Shown piece after piece: positions 23,301-24,602 of a stretch of 24,602 nucleotides of DNA (positions within the stretch are counted from its first letter, which is position 1; each line of letters opens with the position of its first letter). The notes under the pieces were generated by a model. It ran no database searches. It had not been told where the DNA came from and worked only from the letters and a program-made list of their open reading frames with translations. Source of the DNA: an uncultured virus (IMG/VR IMGVR_UViG_3300029787_000013) (taxonomy: Duplodnaviria; Heunggongvirae; Uroviricota; Caudoviricetes). Made by a program: the position numbers and the translations under genes. The stretch lies in IMG/VR virus record IMGVR_UViG_3300029787_000013. One strand, written 5' to 3'.

Positions 23301-24602
23301 TGCTTTACCATCAATAAATTCTGGTTCACCTAAATTTTGAAGTCTATTAATAGTATTATTCATTTCTCTTAATGCAGTTCCAATATCGTAATTTACCTGC
23401 ATCTTACGTATAATAAGCTGTGAATCTTGAATTCTTTTTTTAAGGATCTGAGATTGCTTATAATCTGCTTCGTTTAATTCAGCTTTTAATTGTTGTAATC
23501 TTTTATTTTCTAATAAAATTAATTTTTCTAAACTAGTAATTACTTTTCCTTTTGTATCTCTTGGGCGTTCTCCTGCAACAGGTATAGGATCTAAAAAAGA
23601 TCTATAAGATTTAGACTCATGATCTAATCTTCTTTTTCTTGCTTCATTTTTCTCATACTTATTTAAAAAAGGCCCTCCTATTTGAAGATCGTCGATGATC
23701 CCTGTAGGTATTCCTTCTTTACTATATTTATATACTACAGATCCAGGTATAATTCTTGATTCTCTTATATCTTTTACACCATATTTTTTTATCAAAGTTT
23801 CTTTATAATCTGAAATTTGTATATCATATTGATCTATAGAATCTGCATAAAAATCTTTTAATATTTTATATCCTCCAGCTACTTTACGCGCCTGTGCTTT
23901 ATTTAAAGTACTTGGAGTTTTAAATTTATAATCATATATAGATGCTGTATTATCACTATATAAAATTAATACATCAATTGTACCTCCACTTTGTCTAGAT
24001 TCATTAACTACAAATTGTTCTGCTCTAAAAGCAAAATTTTTATTTTTATCAATTGTGTTTTGTGTGGCTCTTGCATGAGACAATAAATTACGAACAAGAC
24101 TTTGTAGTTCAGTAAAATGAGAAACACTTAAACCTGACTCAGCTAAAATAGTTTGTGGAGTTTTAGTAGATTTTTTTGTGAAATAATTTGCTAGATCTTG
24201 TAAAGTATTATGAAACATAGTTCCCCCCTTCATTCTAATCTCACTTATTGTTTTAAAATACTGTTCCTCTTCTTTAGTTCTTTGAATATGCCCATACTTT
24301 TTCATGTTATACAAAGTAACAGCATCACTAGTTCTATGTAATAAATGTTTATCTAAACGTTGATTATAATATCTTGTAATATATTCATCTTCTGTTAATT
24401 TTTGCCACTCAGGGTTATTTGCAGTGACAGCTTCTTCATCTATAATATAATCTTTAGCTATATCGTCTAGCTTTTGTAAAGTCTTTGCTCTAGGATCCAT
24501 TGTTTCTTCTGCTGCATAAAATGCAACATCTTCTTTAAAAACAGCGTCAGTTAATTTACCTTCAAATTTAGATTTTTTAACTAGATAATCCTGTAAAGAT
24601 TT
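20352..24602 (-). CDS. Giant, probably virion-injected protein (C-terminal part) with a RecB-like PD-(D/E)XK domain; 5' end outside the window
   Basis: The frame stays open from 24500 to the window edge (KSLQDYLVKK...AAEETMDPR), so it is >1416 aa. Nuclease motifs 'GTMFH', 'AEQFV', 'GTIDVL', 'IYDYK', 'QISDY'; helical remainder with a hydrophobic segment 'AVILLMLSIMAIGG'. Confidence 0.8.
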   Translation of the reverse strand, partial: KSLQDYLVKKSKFEGKLTDAVFKEDVAFYAAEETMDPRAKTLQKLDDIAKDYIIDEEAVTANNPEWQKLTEDEYITRYYNQRLDKHLLHRTSDAVTLYNMKKYGHIQRTKEEEQYFKTISEIRMKGGTMFHNTLQDLANYFTKKSTKTPQTILAESGLSVSHFTELQSLVRNLLSHARATQNTIDKNKNFAFRAEQFVVNESRQSGGTIDVLILYSDNTASIYDYKFKTPSTLNKAQARKVAGGYKILKDFYADSIDQYDIQISDYKETLIKKYGVKDIRESRIIPGSVVYKYSKEGIPTGIIDDLQIGGPFLNKYEKNEARKRRLDHESKSYRSFLDPIPVAGERPRDTKGKVITSLEKLILLENKRLQQLKAELNEADYKQSQILKKRIQDSQLIIRKMQVNYDIGTALREMNNTINRLQNLGEPEFIDGKANTKFIDDTELVATYKDLKYYQTYLGQNEYLNFLEKYDKKRYDTLKKEIEVTSRVNRTLSAIQEQLLTRAKDRAKSRGILSLESFNTPTDWVTKNFVSLARHNNPFIRYLHDIVNTNHTQINKISKDLAVEIEELEQELTTYGATQGVYGPNVYDFLIDQKRMRLHSKYRPEFGVDREKALNKARVDEAGKREGIQWIKKYYQIDLEKYNKVYEKWKANAFRAIEATNQSTREKERKKTAWEKRWDLKNHDSAWLNARNLKPTGLATISGAAAEYLSEDYKRIQAVPALRNFYDYHRNLMWKVSHIFGKDLGSGFIANVHKDVIDTWVQDGFSASKMSESVMDLLQVREHDLSLQMTDTNGEYIRHVPRLFVRELINKKTGKIDRTLKSKELGKNLYLIAVAAHQYKFNVEAIPQISVLEALLNDKIVQEQVLDKKGDLVMETLQRAQVIPKSTTAETFNEFVDMEIYGRNMSTKDVLMWGTNVSRNKSILALKNFASITALGLKIPVAIGAYGAGKAGLRIQASKGLFYNQKQLNKAYKMIMSLDPKVRAIIEYFDFSLIDLRQRRGDLLATSKRAKYMQHDRWFEFLARADNRLDALLAVSMAQNYGIHPETGKLERMQDLPEGTDSLLDTIEMEEVKNWSRTSVKDRYKVKVKGVSLDIKNKQEFDNYRSFKAKVRAQSTSVKGTMDQDDKMLIHSGMFGKLMMHYRSWLPGLALERYGNLRYDYIMDHYNEGTWKSLFANVGKEKAFETIEDGIKAEIAFHLTAKQVGADIMKIGLDIVTFGYGPNFNIKQEIAEGQFNKFLANRFGEAKFMKGEEGSKRLIQKGDTEYEIEFKKFLELKRANIRAALSEVRAVILLMLSIMAIGGDWDDDGDIDIRETWAGRQLHRYLNRIYREVAFFIDWREFIGSPRSTGVPLISMGGQFIKFADNSLDELTDSMFGEDDSPDKTPPGYYTFKFLPGLASFVSYFEIYPQYKQMEH

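Noticed and set aside
24498..24500. ATG 24500 as the start of the giant gene
   Set aside because: The frame is open to the window edge, so the real start probably lies outside the window.
1..24602. Stop-codon reassignment, as in some crAss-like phages
   Set aside because: Genes are full length and densely packed in the standard code, and TAG and TGA both end genes at sensible positions.
1..24602. tRNA genes, CRISPR arrays, integrase or transposase
   Set aside because: No cloverleaf with a T-loop consensus in the intergenic gaps, no regularly spaced repeats and no recombinase motifs were seen by eye.

Overview
AT-rich segment of a dsDNA phage, most consistent with an environmental crAss-like (Crassvirales-type) phage of a Bacteroidota/Flavobacteria host, read in the standard genetic code. 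From left to right: (i) a leftward cluster of small genes headed by a stand-alone GroES co-chaperonin (1-1406); (ii) a ~580-bp divergent intergenic region with Bacteroidota-type TAnnTTTG promoter motifs and a ~200-nt two-domain structured element that looks like an ncRNA; (iii) a rightward block of small, probably early genes separated by stem-loops (1995-4577); (iv) a tightly coupled replication module (PolA, stand-alone DnaA domain IV, HTH, SF2 helicase, initiator-like protein, DnaB, AAA_24/Sak4-like ATPase, probable SSB, a second GC-rich structured spacer, primase, PD-(D/E)XK endonuclease); (v) rIIA, a spore photoproduct lyase-like radical SAM gene and rIIB, then a 5'-3' exonuclease and a hypothetical gene; (vi) a convergent terminator and the C-terminal >1400 aa of a giant leftward, probably virion-injected protein with a RecB-like nuclease domain, cut by the window edge. 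The most notable points are the SPL-like gene between rIIA and rIIB with its catalytic motifs intact, and two unassigned structured-RNA candidates. All family calls come from motif recognition by eye, with no database search.
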